Origin: Lama guanicoe | Taxonomy: Eukaryota | NCBI GenBank assembly: GCA_013239625.1 | Contig: MU054400.1 | Coordinates: 2,081,345-2,145,344, forward strand | Direction: 5' to 3' | DNA: 64,000 nt | Shown here: piece by piece, positions 1 to 11,109 of the stretch | Layout of the letters: every line of letters starts with the position of its first letter | Position numbering within the stretch: position 1 is the first letter of the stretch | The notes under the pieces: generated by a model | Databases searched by the model: none | The model's input: the letters and a program-made list of their open reading frames with translations, nothing else | What the model was told of the DNA's origin: nothing | Made by a program: the position numbers and the translations under genes

Positions 1-549
1 ACAACCATACTTGCATTCAGTAAAGACTGAAAAACTGGTAGTGATTATTAATTACACATTATCACGCATACGGTCTATATTCATTTGTAAATACTTACTG
101 AGCCTAAACTACGTGCTAGGCTCTGGTAACACAACAGTGAACAATCACAGAAGAAATAAGCATTAATCAAATAATCACATAGACTTTAAATTATAATGAA
201 TTACAATCAAAATCACGATGCTATGAAACAGTACAACATGGAATCCCAACCTACTCTGGACAATCAGGGATGCTTCTTTAACACAGAGACCTTTTGCACT
301 AAGATTTAAGGGAGAAAAGGAATGGGCAAAGAGCAGGAGGCATTCCAGGTAGCAAGAACAAATTGCATAAACTGCTGACGCAGGGGAAAAAATGTAATTA
401 ACCAGTCAAGCAACTAAAAACTCATTAAGGCAAGAGCCAAGTGACCAAGGAGGAAGTAGTTTTGATCTCATGATCCTCCTAGAAGGATCCTGGAGACCCC
501 CACCCCTAGATAACACTGAGAACTGCTGCTTGAGTAACAAAAAGCCAAG

Positions 550-1006
550 TAATCACAATGAGATACCACTTCATAGCAACTAGGAAGGCTATAATCAAAG
601 ATGGACAATAACAAGTGTCACAGAGAATGGAGAGTAACTGGAATCCTCACGTACTGCTGGTGGGAATAAAAAATGGTAAAGATGTTTTGGAAAACAGTTT
701 GGCAGTTCTTCAAAAAGTTAAATATAGACCTATCACATGACCCAGTAATTCCCCTCATAGGCATTCACTCAAGAAATATGAATACATATGTCCACACAAA
801 AACTCGTGTAAGTATCCACAGAGGCATTATTCATAATGGTCAAAAAGTAGAAACAACCCAAATGTCCCTCAACTGATAAATGAAGAAATAAAATGCGGTA
901 TATACCCATACAGTGGAGTATTATTTAGCAATAAAAAGGAAGTACTGATACACGCTACAACATGGATAAACCGTGAAAACATACTAAGTAAAAGAAATCA
1001 GTCACA
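550..1006 (+). mobile_element. Old L1 ORF2-end fragment in UBQLN1 intron 1 (another at ~2720-3590)
   Basis: cacaatgagataccacttc; peptide WKTVWQFFKKLNIDLSHDPVIPLIGI. Confidence 0.8.
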
Positions 1007-4000
1007 AGTTTTCTAAATCTGGCATGTATTTCACCCTTACAGAACATCTGAAATCAGTGCAACCACATTTCAAGTGTTCAACAGTCAGATGTGAATGGAG
1101 ACACCGCGGTGGTCAGGAGTTCTAGATTCACACTCTAAAGTACAATTTCAAATGATGTTTGTGATAATGACACTAAGGCACAGCAATTTCCCTTATCAAG
1201 GAAAGGTTCAATTCTATTTAACACAGCACTTACATTATGTTTAAGTATGTTAATATTTTTCTAAAAGTTTCAAGCAACAAGACATTTTCTAAAATTAGAA
1301 CATACACTGCCTGAATATTCCAGGTAACTGTATTTTTAAATCGTATACTACAGTCTAAGAGAGTTACAAAATCCCAGAACAAGCTAGTTAGAAGTTAGTA
1401 TAGGGTAGTACCCTTCCAGTTTCTGCACTAATTTTAATCACACACAAAAAACATTCTTCTGGACTTCTTGTTGACACTGAGAAATCCTGTTTCCTGATAG
1501 CAAATCGTGAATAATTATTAGAAAACAATCTCATACATAGGGATCTTATGCCATTACCTATTTTTTAACCTATTTACTTATACTATGAAAATTCTTATTA
1601 ATGAAACTGCCTTGGAACATATACAGTGAAGTTTACATTCTAACCACCCTTAGGTAGATATTTAAACATTACTCAATTGATTGAGTGCTCAATGAAAAAT
1701 TTCATTTTAATTTCAAAAAAGTATAAGCTTTATTATCTTCAAACAAGTTAAAATTTATTAAATATCAATTGTATTAAAGTATCCTGTTTCTACCTGTTTA
1801 TATACTCAGAAACCGAGGAGAAAACAGAAAAATTAATAACCACCTTACAACTTTTACAGCTGACCCAAGAGACTTAATATAATTTCATCCAATTAACTGT
1901 TAGAACATATTCATAAATATTACTTCAGTATAACATATTAGGAGAATTTACATTATATAGAAAACACTTAATGAAAGAGATTTTTAATTACAGAAAATGG
2001 GATTTGCCTGATAGAAAGCCTAAACCTTCAACATTATCCTTTTGTAGGTAACTCTTTACCTCTAAGATTAGATAAAAATTTTCAGGCCCAAATACCTTCC
2101 AATTTTTTACTAAACATTTTCCATGACATCATAATGTCCTTAAGTTTATTTTGATGTCAAATTTTAATCTGTAGCAAATAGTGTAAACCTGTAAAAATTC
2201 AGAGAAAAATTTTACATTATAAAATGATGTATCTTTTTTTGTGCTTCAAGTGGAATTTTACAAAACATGTGAAAACTGCTTTTCTTATTCTTGTACATTT
2301 TTCTGTATGTACATTCCTTAACAGAGCCCACAAGTAGTTCAACTTGTCTTCAGATTCTTGATGTAGTGATGAACTTCAATATTTATGTTTTCTGTTTGAA
2401 CAGAAAGTATTTATCAAAATAAAAATTCGACTGCCATGTGAAAAAGTTGCTACAGAAAAAAGGATTTCATTTTATCTATTAAAATTTTATTTTGGTTACA
2501 GAGGAGTAAAACTAAAACTTCCATGGATCCTGAAATTAAAATTCACCATCACAAAAAGTTTAAAAATCTTCACAAATGTAACATCATAAACTGATGTAAA
2601 AGAACTTTATTTATAAAATACTGACTTTCTAATCTTTTACAGTAAAATGCTGAAAGCAGCCAGGATGGTGGAAACCAGAATTAGGGATTCTAAAAAATCT
2701 AAGGGCTTCAAAAGTTAATATGACACACCCATTACAATAACTAAGATAAAAAAGACTGCTATTATCAAATGGTAGTAGGAATGTGGAGCAACAGGAACTC
2801 CCCTGCATTGTCAGTCGGATTGTAAAATGGCACAAGTACATACTTCCTTAAGAAACTAAATCTACAGCTACCTATGACCCAGTCATTCCACTTCTAGTTA
2901 TTTAACATGAGAGATAAAAGCATTTGTCTAAGAAGAAGATTTGTACAAGAGTGTTAATAGCAACTAACTGGACCCCTAGATGACCCTCAACAGGAAAATG
3001 GATAGATTATGATAGTATATTCATACAATGGAAGACAACACAGCAATGAAAAGGAACTACTTACAATGCACAGCAATAATGAATCTCAAAAACACTAAGC
3101 CAAGTGAAAAAGCCTTACACAGAAGAGTACATATCATATAATACCATTTTTGTGAAATTTTAGAATAAGTAAAATGAGCTCATGGAGGAAAAAAAGTGAG
3201 TGTGAGTGACAGTGTGACTGAAATGACTAGGAAAGGGCAAGAGGGAACTTTCTAGTTGATTATAAAGTTTGACAACCCAAAAAGGCTTTGGATTACACAG
3301 GTGTGTACTTGTGAAAACTCATGGAATGGCAATCGTACGCATTTCACTGCATGTCAAATTTTCCTTAAAAAATTAAACTCAAGTTGATGATATGCACATT
3401 GCTGAAGTGCTTTTTAAGTGTAATGTACTAATATTTGCAACTTACTTAGAAATGCATCCAAAAAATAAAACTGACTGATAAATGATTAACTATGGGATAG
3501 AGCAAACACAGCAAGATGCCAAATATGGGTGGTCACGAGTGTTCACTGCACAATTATTTCAATTTTCCTGTATGCTGGAAAATATAAAAGGGTTAAGGAA
3601 AAATTTTACAGAATTGACAGACCAAAAAAAATGTTGATTCAATAGGTGGTCAAAGTTCCTCACCTGATGCTACACACTCTACTTACTACTTGACAAAACA
3701 CATCACCTTTTGATTTACATAAACCAATTCCCCATTTATAGTTCCTAGAGAAACGTATATGTACATTTCAGGAATTCTTACTTCTTCATAAACTGTTCGT
3801 TGTCTGAGATCGTGAGAGATCAATTCAGTAATTATGGAAAAATATCCTGGAGCACATAACCAACAATTAACTAAAACAATCTGTTAAATTCTTCAAAATT
3901 CTCAATTAACTGTAAAATTTGCATTCCTGAAAAGATTTTAAGCGGTAAATCATCTGTTAATGTTCTCCATTAACTAATTTCGTTCTTTTAACCGACTGCA

Positions 4001-4772
4001 ACCGCTAACACCTGAACAACGTAGCTATCCTTTTAAAATCAAACAAAAACCTCTCCAATGACTGGCGTCTAAAGGATGACAAATATACTTTAAAAAAAAC
4101 AAAACCAGCAAGTTTTCAATGGAAATCATCCACCTTTCTCCTTAAGCCTAGTACTATTACTTAAAATTTGCTGAAAGCAATTTCTACGTCACAGTCGATT
4201 TCTTCTTTAAAGATGGGAAGGTGAGAAAGATTTCTAGCAGTCAAAACGCAGAACTAAATGTACACGTGCTCCTCACCCCACCAAATCTGCCTAAACCCGC
4301 AAGCAGGTGAAACAATGAGTACCTCCCCCCCCCTTTTTTTTAATTCATAAGACAAAACCGCAGACTAGACTAAGGCGAACCCTCGCCCAGCCCAGCCTCC
4401 ACCCCGCCCGGAGCCAGGCGGCGGGTCGTTTTCCTTTGTGAGCAGTCGGAGGGAGGCGGCTGGGGGCGGGGAACTGGGGGAGGAGGCCGGGGGTCGGCGG
4501 ACCCCGGAACAGGAGGAAGGCGCCGAGGGACGCAGTGTCGGCGCGTCCCACAAACAGGCCGCGCGGCCCCGCCACAAAGCTCTGTGGTGTCCCCAGGAGC
4601 AAACCCACGAACCTGGCTGTGATCTAATTGGGGATGAGACCCGGGAGAAAGGCCTACGGCACTGCCGGGGACGACCCCCTCCTCGCAGGTCCTTGCAGAG
4701 CCGTCTCCTCCCGCCGCGGGCAGAGGACCTGCCGCCATCCCCACCCCGCCCCGAACCCAGGGCGGCCCTCAC

Positions 4773-4952
4773 CTGCTGGACGGAGCTATTCTCGGGCACT
4801 GCGAACTCTTCCTTCTCCTTCGGGGTCTTCACGGTGACTTTCATGATCTTAGGCTCCGCGGAGGCAGCGGCCGCAGGGGCGCCGGCACCTTCGGCCGCGG
4901 CGGCGCTGTCCTGGGAGCTCGGAGGGCCGCCGCTTTCAGCATTCTCGGCCAT
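4773..4952 (-). CDS. UBQLN1: Ubiquilin-1, coding exon 1 (60 aa; start of the UBL domain); the rest of the gene lies left of the window
   Basis: Translates [60 protein letters not shown], matching the recalled ubiquilin-1 N-terminus. Kozak GCCGCCATGG at the start; ends at CAG|GTGAG donor (intron begins 4772). Adjacent to GKAP1 as in other mammals. Confidence 0.96.
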
Positions 4953-5410
4953 GGCGGCGGCGGCGGCGGCGGTGACTCAGGCGCGCAGGAGGGAGCGGGC
5001 GAGCAAGGGGGAGCCAGGCGACGCCAGAGCCGGCCGGCCCGGGCAGTGAAGAATGTGGGGCACGCCGCCTCAGTGACAGCGAGCGCGGGGCCGCCCTAGC
5101 GGACGAGGGGCCGCGGAGATCCGCGTGGGCTGCGGCGCAGGCCCGGCTCGGGCGCCCGGCAGCCGCCGTGTGTTCAGACGCCGCTCGGTCGCAGCGACAT
5201 CCGCAGCCGCCGCCGCCGCTTCCTCCTCCCCGCCCCTCCCCCCACGTCTCTCCGCCGGCGCCGCGCGGGGCACGCCGGGTAACGCAGCTGGCGACGACGC
5301 CGAGTCATTCCTGGCCGGCGCTTCTTCGAGCTGTGGCAGCTTCTCTTTCCCTCTCCCGCTCCATTGCTCAAAGTGTAGGCGCATTCAGAGTGAATGACTA
5401 AGAGCAAAGC

Positions 5411-5567
5411 GGGGCGGAAGAGGTCAGCTCGTTTCTTTTTATCAAAAAATAAATTTGTTGGTTCTGGGAGGCACTGTGAGGGCGCACGGAGATGACGTCA
5501 CGGCTAGCGAAATTACTGGAAAGGAGGCTCGACCACTGGGCGCTGCGGTCGGAAGTGCGCTTGCGCG
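5411..5567. promoter_or_regulatory. Promoter motif cluster: GC-box/ETS, CRE, ETS(GABP) and NRF1-like sites
   Basis: GGGGCGGAAG 5411-5420; palindromic TGACGTCA 5493-5500; CGGAAGTG 5550-5557; TGCGCTTGCGC 5556-5566. Confidence 0.7.
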
Positions 5568-6839
5568 CTGGCGGGCCAGGTAGTTCCCCGCCCCCCCACC
5601 CTTTCACCTCACACCCCGCGGTGGCGGTGCGCCCCCCTCCCTCGCCACGGCCGCCGGGCCTGTGCGTGCTCCGCGCACCTCCCTGGGAGGTGGGTCTGGA
5701 ACAAGTACCCCCCGATATTTAAATATGCTTAGACTCCCTGCTTGGAAGATTTTGAACGTTTGATCTTACTGTTCGGTGCGCGGAGTTGAAAGATAAATTA
5801 ATGGAGGAAAAATCCTCATAACGAAAGGCGAATGGACTATACGCTAGTAGCCGCCCTGCTCAATTCCGCGGAGTCATTGCTCCACGGCCGGAGCTTCCCA
5901 CCCTGGGGTTAGGCGGGTTTGATTAGGTGATGAGACCAGGTGTCGACAATGGTCCCCGCTCCCACGCCCAAAGCCCTGCGCGAGCACCCTCGAATTCTCT
6001 GTGGACACTGTCCCCCAACATGTTCGGGGCAGAAACAGGATGCCCAAGGCGTACCCACCCAACTGGGATAGTTTAATGCAGCTGTGGTGTTCATTGTCTA
6101 TTTTTCTATCTAAGTAAGTTACGGCTCCATTTCAGATTTTAGGTGGCATTAAAGGTAGTTGTTCAAAATTATTTTTAATTGTAATATAGGTATAAGTAAG
6201 AAACAGGAAATTATTTTACCCCAGAGAATTATAAATTTAAAATGATCTCATCATTTGCCTTTAAAGGTGACTTGCAGGGAATGCACAGCACAAAACATAA
6301 ACTTTATTAGCCGGACTTGCGCAAATGTAAGCTCTGACACTCCACTGTGACCCAAATATGCAAAGATACACTGTATTTCTGTTCTTAAACTGTCCACCTG
6401 TTCTGGCTATAAGTCCTTCTTGCATGAAGACCACTGTAGCAGAGCAACTTTGGGATCTGGGTCTAAGTATAAAAGCAAGTATAGACATCAACTGATATCA
6501 GCTAAGTTTTTGGCAGCATTGTTTAGTGGCATGAAGAAATTACACAAGGTTCTCTTCTGAAGGATGACTACTTATGTCTAGATGTGAGGTAATCATTATT
6601 TCTCGAAGTAGAAGTTTCCACCATTGGACAACCAATCATTTATCTTTAACCATGCACGTATGAAATTGCTCTGTAATTATCTGTGTCTACATTAATTTCT
6701 AAAAAATTCTGATGTCTGTGCACAGTTTATGAAGTAATATAATGTATCTGTGAGGAAATACAATATAGTTATTCATTATGGCCCTTTTAAGAAATAATTC
6801 TACCTTTTAAGAAACACCATTGGAGGTGTGGGTCTAGGT

Positions 6840-7022
6840 CGGGCATTGGCAAACTTTCAGGGAAAACCAGGTAGTATATATATTGATCTTTGTGGGCCAT
6901 ACATTCTCTGTCTCAAATAGTCAGCTCTACCCTTGTAGCACAAAGCAGCCATAGACAATACACACACTGTCCCGGTAAAACTGCTTACAAAAGTAGGCGT
7001 AGTATCTCATTTTGGCCCACAG
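6840..7022. mobile_element. MER58A-like hAT MITE
   Basis: ggcaaacttt...tgtagcacaaagcagccatagacaata motif; flanked by GGTCTAG on both sides. Confidence 0.7.
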
Positions 7023-8860
7023 GGTCTAGACGTCTATTTGAGGCATTTTCTTTTGAGTGATTTTTATTAGGTGGTCAGTCTGAAAAAAAATTACAAGGGC
7101 ATATTTCATCCATTCTGCGAACATTAATTAAGCATATCAATGTCCAAGTACTGTGTTGAGGATTCAAAGACAAATAAGATTCAGTCTCTGCCCTCATTAA
7201 ACTTAGAGGCAAGTTGGATGGAAGGTACGAGGTAGGAGGGAGGGGGAGATAAGCAGTGCCATGCTGATAAATGTTTAATGACAAATTCTCCAGAAAACAA
7301 GCTTTGATTTTTTTTTTTTTAGCATTTGACAATTTCCTTAATGTAAATACTTGCAAAATGGCCAATCTCAAGCTAGCAACTTGAGGTCCTTGCTCACAAA
7401 ATTCCTGAAATTTTACCATTCAGTTCTCACAAGCCAATAACTGGATAGATAGGTCCCTTTTTATAAGTTCCAGTATTCAAACTTCAAGTATAATAATAAG
7501 AGGTTATTATTCACATGGTAGAAGAATTCTTCCTTGACAAAATGAGTCAATCAGTTTAATCAATCAACAAGAATTTATTGAGCAAACTTTAATCCTGTGT
7601 CCAGGAACTTACGTAATAACACAAGGCAGTGCATGTATCATGTCAGGTAAGTGGTGTAAATAACATGCATTCGTCATTTTACTCCCCTACTCAAAATCCA
7701 TCATAAGCTCCCAGTGCCTCAGAAATAAAGCCCACGCTTCTTAAATGCAAGGCCCTCTACAATTAATTCCCGGTCTGTCTTTCAAGCTTCACTCCCATTA
7801 CTGTAGATACAGTTTGCTGCAGCCAAACATGTTTATTATCATTTCTAGAAGCACTTGTACATTATACTTTCCTCACCTAGGACCACTCCTTCAGGTCACT
7901 ACACCTCTCCACATTGTGCCCATTATTGCTACTTCCTCTCTTTTAGAGAACACCCGAGCTTACAGAATCATTTTTTTCTGTGGCCGTTGTCATAATTATT
8001 TGCATACTTCACTTGTCAACTCATTACTTGTGACATACCTTTTATTATCTAAAGCTATTTCTCCTGCTTCCAGTCCAGTTCACACTAACTCTGACCTAGA
8101 TTGCAACAATAACCTCCTACAGATTCTTCTGCCTCAGTCTAAAGTCACCATCCTCAAAACCATTTTCTGTGGTGCTGACTGTTATCCTCCTAGAACTAAG
8201 CTTTGATCATGATACCCAGAAGATTTTCATTAGCTCTCACTAAAGTTTTAGAATAACATCTAAACTTGCGGCATGGAGTCCAGGGCCTTCTGTGACCAGA
8301 AGACCTTGCTCCTCATTCATATCTTACCCTCAACCAAGTGAGTTTACTAAGCATTCCAAGCTTGTCTTGTGCTTTCCTGCCGGGGCTTCAACACAGCATT
8401 TTCACTGCAGGTAGAAATTCTTCCCTCTCATTTTGACTCCATTGTTTTACCCATCTTTCAAGACTCACCTGAAATGTGACTTTCCCTAATAATTTTTCCT
8501 GATAACATGTTTTTGATTAGACATAGTCTCTAAATACTCTATATTCCTGTATGACTTTATTACCTTTTTGGTGTCACTTGACACATTTTGCCTTGAATTA
8601 CACTTAATTGCGTGCATAGATACTTCACTAGACAAGGACCTTGTAAACAGGGATCAAGTCTTAATCATCATATGTACCACGCCATACCTAAACTAATTTC
8701 TTGGCATGAGAGGATTTACTGTTAAAACGAATGGTTGAACTGTCATGTTTGCTACTAGAGAAGAAATTCATTTAGATCAGTAGATCATATTTTATATTCC
8801 TTTGTCTCTCCCAAGGTTTATAGTACAGTGACTGATTGATAGTACAGTGAGAGATACATT

Positions 8861-8888
8861 CATACATACATACATACATACATACATA
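8861..8888. repeat. (CATA)n tetranucleotide repeat
   Basis: Direct reading. Confidence 0.88.
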
Positions 8889-10113
8889 TGTACATACCCT
8901 GAAACTTAACTTGCTTTGCAGTAGCTTCAGAGGAAGAAAGTATTATTCACTCCCTGCTTGGTGCAAGGGAAGGAGGGAGAGTCAGAGAAGGATTTTAAAG
9001 GAAATTGCTTGAGCCAGACCTTAAGGAATGGATATGATTTGGTTAAGTGTGTTGAGGGGGCAACTTCAATGAGAAGAAAGATGCAGTGGCGAGAAATAGA
9101 AACTGCTAGGGCACTGATCTCAAACTGTGGTCCATAGCTTAGGAACAGTCCACAAGATATCTCTAGAACTACTTCCAAATCAAAGGGAATAGGGTAAAAT
9201 GTTCAATAAGTTTCTGAGCCTTATTAGGGCTGGAGAAGAGGTGGTGGTATGGAGGGTTGTTTACTCTAATAATTTGCCGACTAAAACTTAAGACCGCTGG
9301 GTAGAATGCACAAATACATCTGCAGCCACCACAGGCTTTGAATACAAGCTGCTAAGTAGCACTACCACCCCACCACTATCATGACAATCAGAAATGTTCC
9401 TAGACCTCAGTTATTGCATTTTACCTACTCATCTCTGAGCAAGAGTCTGAATTTATTCAGGCTTTATGAAAATGCCTAAGAATATTCATAGGCTATTCTC
9501 TGTTGACCTCTCATAAAGAGGTAGTACTGGTTACCTGAGACATAGTCCCTAGGGCTGAATATCTGGACTATCTTAACAGAAGTGGTAAGACTGGTTCTCC
9601 TGGAAACATACAAATACAAGGATAAATATTTTTATAATTAGACTCCAGCTTGGTTTTATTCTATGTAAAACTCCCAGCCTTATGATTTCTTTTCAAGGAC
9701 AAATTTATTGAAAACACACGTATTTGAAATGTGTTTCCTAACGTTAGAAGGTTACCCTCTGTGAAGAGTCTGCCATCATGTTGTGTAAACTAAGCAGATG
9801 AGCCATGGGGAAATTTTAGGTGCTCTCTGAGGGCAGAGAGAAATAAGTTAAAGGGTACAAAATCTATTATATGAAGTTATGTAGAAATTCCAAAGAATAA
9901 CAGTGGTTCCGGAAAAAAATGCTTCTGATTGTTTGTTTTGTAGCACTCAAGAAGGCAGCCTATTGAGATATTTTACATAGGATGCTGAGAAGTGTTTTTA
10001 AAGTCATTCAATCCTTCCATTTCATCCAAATAATTCTTACAACCTTGGTTACCAAATGTGTTGAAAGGTGAAGACAGAACTACATTGTAGCTTATCTGAG
10101 TTGTTCTGTAATG

Positions 10114-11012
10114 TATCAAGAATTGTGAAGTGTCTGAGATTTTTCCCTACTTACAAACTAACAGTTTCTTGGAATGCTGACAAAAGACACACGACTCTTA
10201 GGTTAGAAACAAAGGACTTTGTTACAGCAGTAACAGTGGCCAGTGTATCAGCTTTTCCTTGCATCAGTGCCCCAATCCCTAACTTCTGCAGAGTGATGCA
10301 AAAAGGGCCAGGTGAACCTGCACACGCAGTGGGTTGCGTTATAAGAGAGGAACCTTAGGCGTGGGGAACCCAGATCCTTTCAATGGGCAGTAAGCTTGCA
10401 GCCCTTTGCTCTGGAGGGAGATATTGTATTCCCCAAAACTGTTCACTATACAAGTATCCTTGAAAAAAATAATCCAGAACAAAGGCAGTGTATTCGTTTC
10501 CTATTGCTGCTGTAACAAATAACCACAGATGTAGTGGCTTAATTCAACACAGATTTTTCTTACAATTCTGGAGATCAGAAGTCCAAAAAGGATCTTAAAG
10601 GGCTAAAAATCAAGGACTGTGTTCCTTCTGGAGACTCTAGGGAAGAATTTCTTGCTTTTTCCAGCTTCTAGAGACTGCCTACATTCCTTGGCTTGTGGCC
10701 AGATCGCTTGAACCTCTGCTTCCATTGTCAGTTTCTTCTCACTTTCCTGCCACTCTCTTTTCCTTATAAAGACCCTTATAAGGATGATGTTGGGTCCCCC
10801 TCCCAGATAATCCAGGATAATCTCCCCATCTCAGGATCCTTAATCACATCTGCAGAGTCCCTCTGGCATATGAAGTGACAGATTCACAGGTTCTGGGGAT
10901 TATGATATGAACATCATTGGGGAGCCATTATTCTGCCCACCAGAGACTGTCAGTGCCTGTTTTTACAGATGTGCAGAATTGTGAGAGAACAATAAAGAAT
11001 TTTCTCCCCAAA
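10114..11012 (-). mobile_element. 3' LTR (LTR40-like), split by an MLT1 insertion
   Basis: Shares blocks with the 17355-17864 LTR (ccctactt.caa, gacac..g.ct..taggttaga, gccctttgctctggaggg); purine-rich PPT-like tract just inside (~11013-11030). Confidence 0.8.
10489..10944 (-). mobile_element. MLT1 (MaLR) solo LTR nested in the 3' LTR
   Basis: Starts tgtattcgtttcctattgctgctgtaacaaataaccac and ends attattctgcccaccaga, typical MLT1 termini; host LTR resumes after it. Confidence 0.85.
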
Positions 11013-11109
11013 ATATCCACTCCTTGTTTCTACACTTTCTTGACTTCTGGCAAACTTTCCCATGAGTATGCCACTCTGTTTGTCATTCTGATTAATTTGA
11101 CCACAAAAG

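Larger units (their letters stand above)
4380..5990. promoter_or_regulatory. CpG island spanning the UBQLN1 promoter, 5' UTR and exon 1
   Basis: Very high GC and CpG density against an AT-rich, CpG-poor background; boundaries approximate. Confidence 0.92.

Noticed and set aside
4345..5722. Many overlapping 70-200 aa ORFs on both strands, including the 195-aa extension of UBQLN1 exon 1
   Set aside because: Expected from stop-codon scarcity in a CpG island; similarity to UBQLN1 ends exactly at the GTGAG donor
7745..8206. 153-aa ORF
   Set aside because: No recognisable domain; lies in sequence resembling decayed L2 fragments
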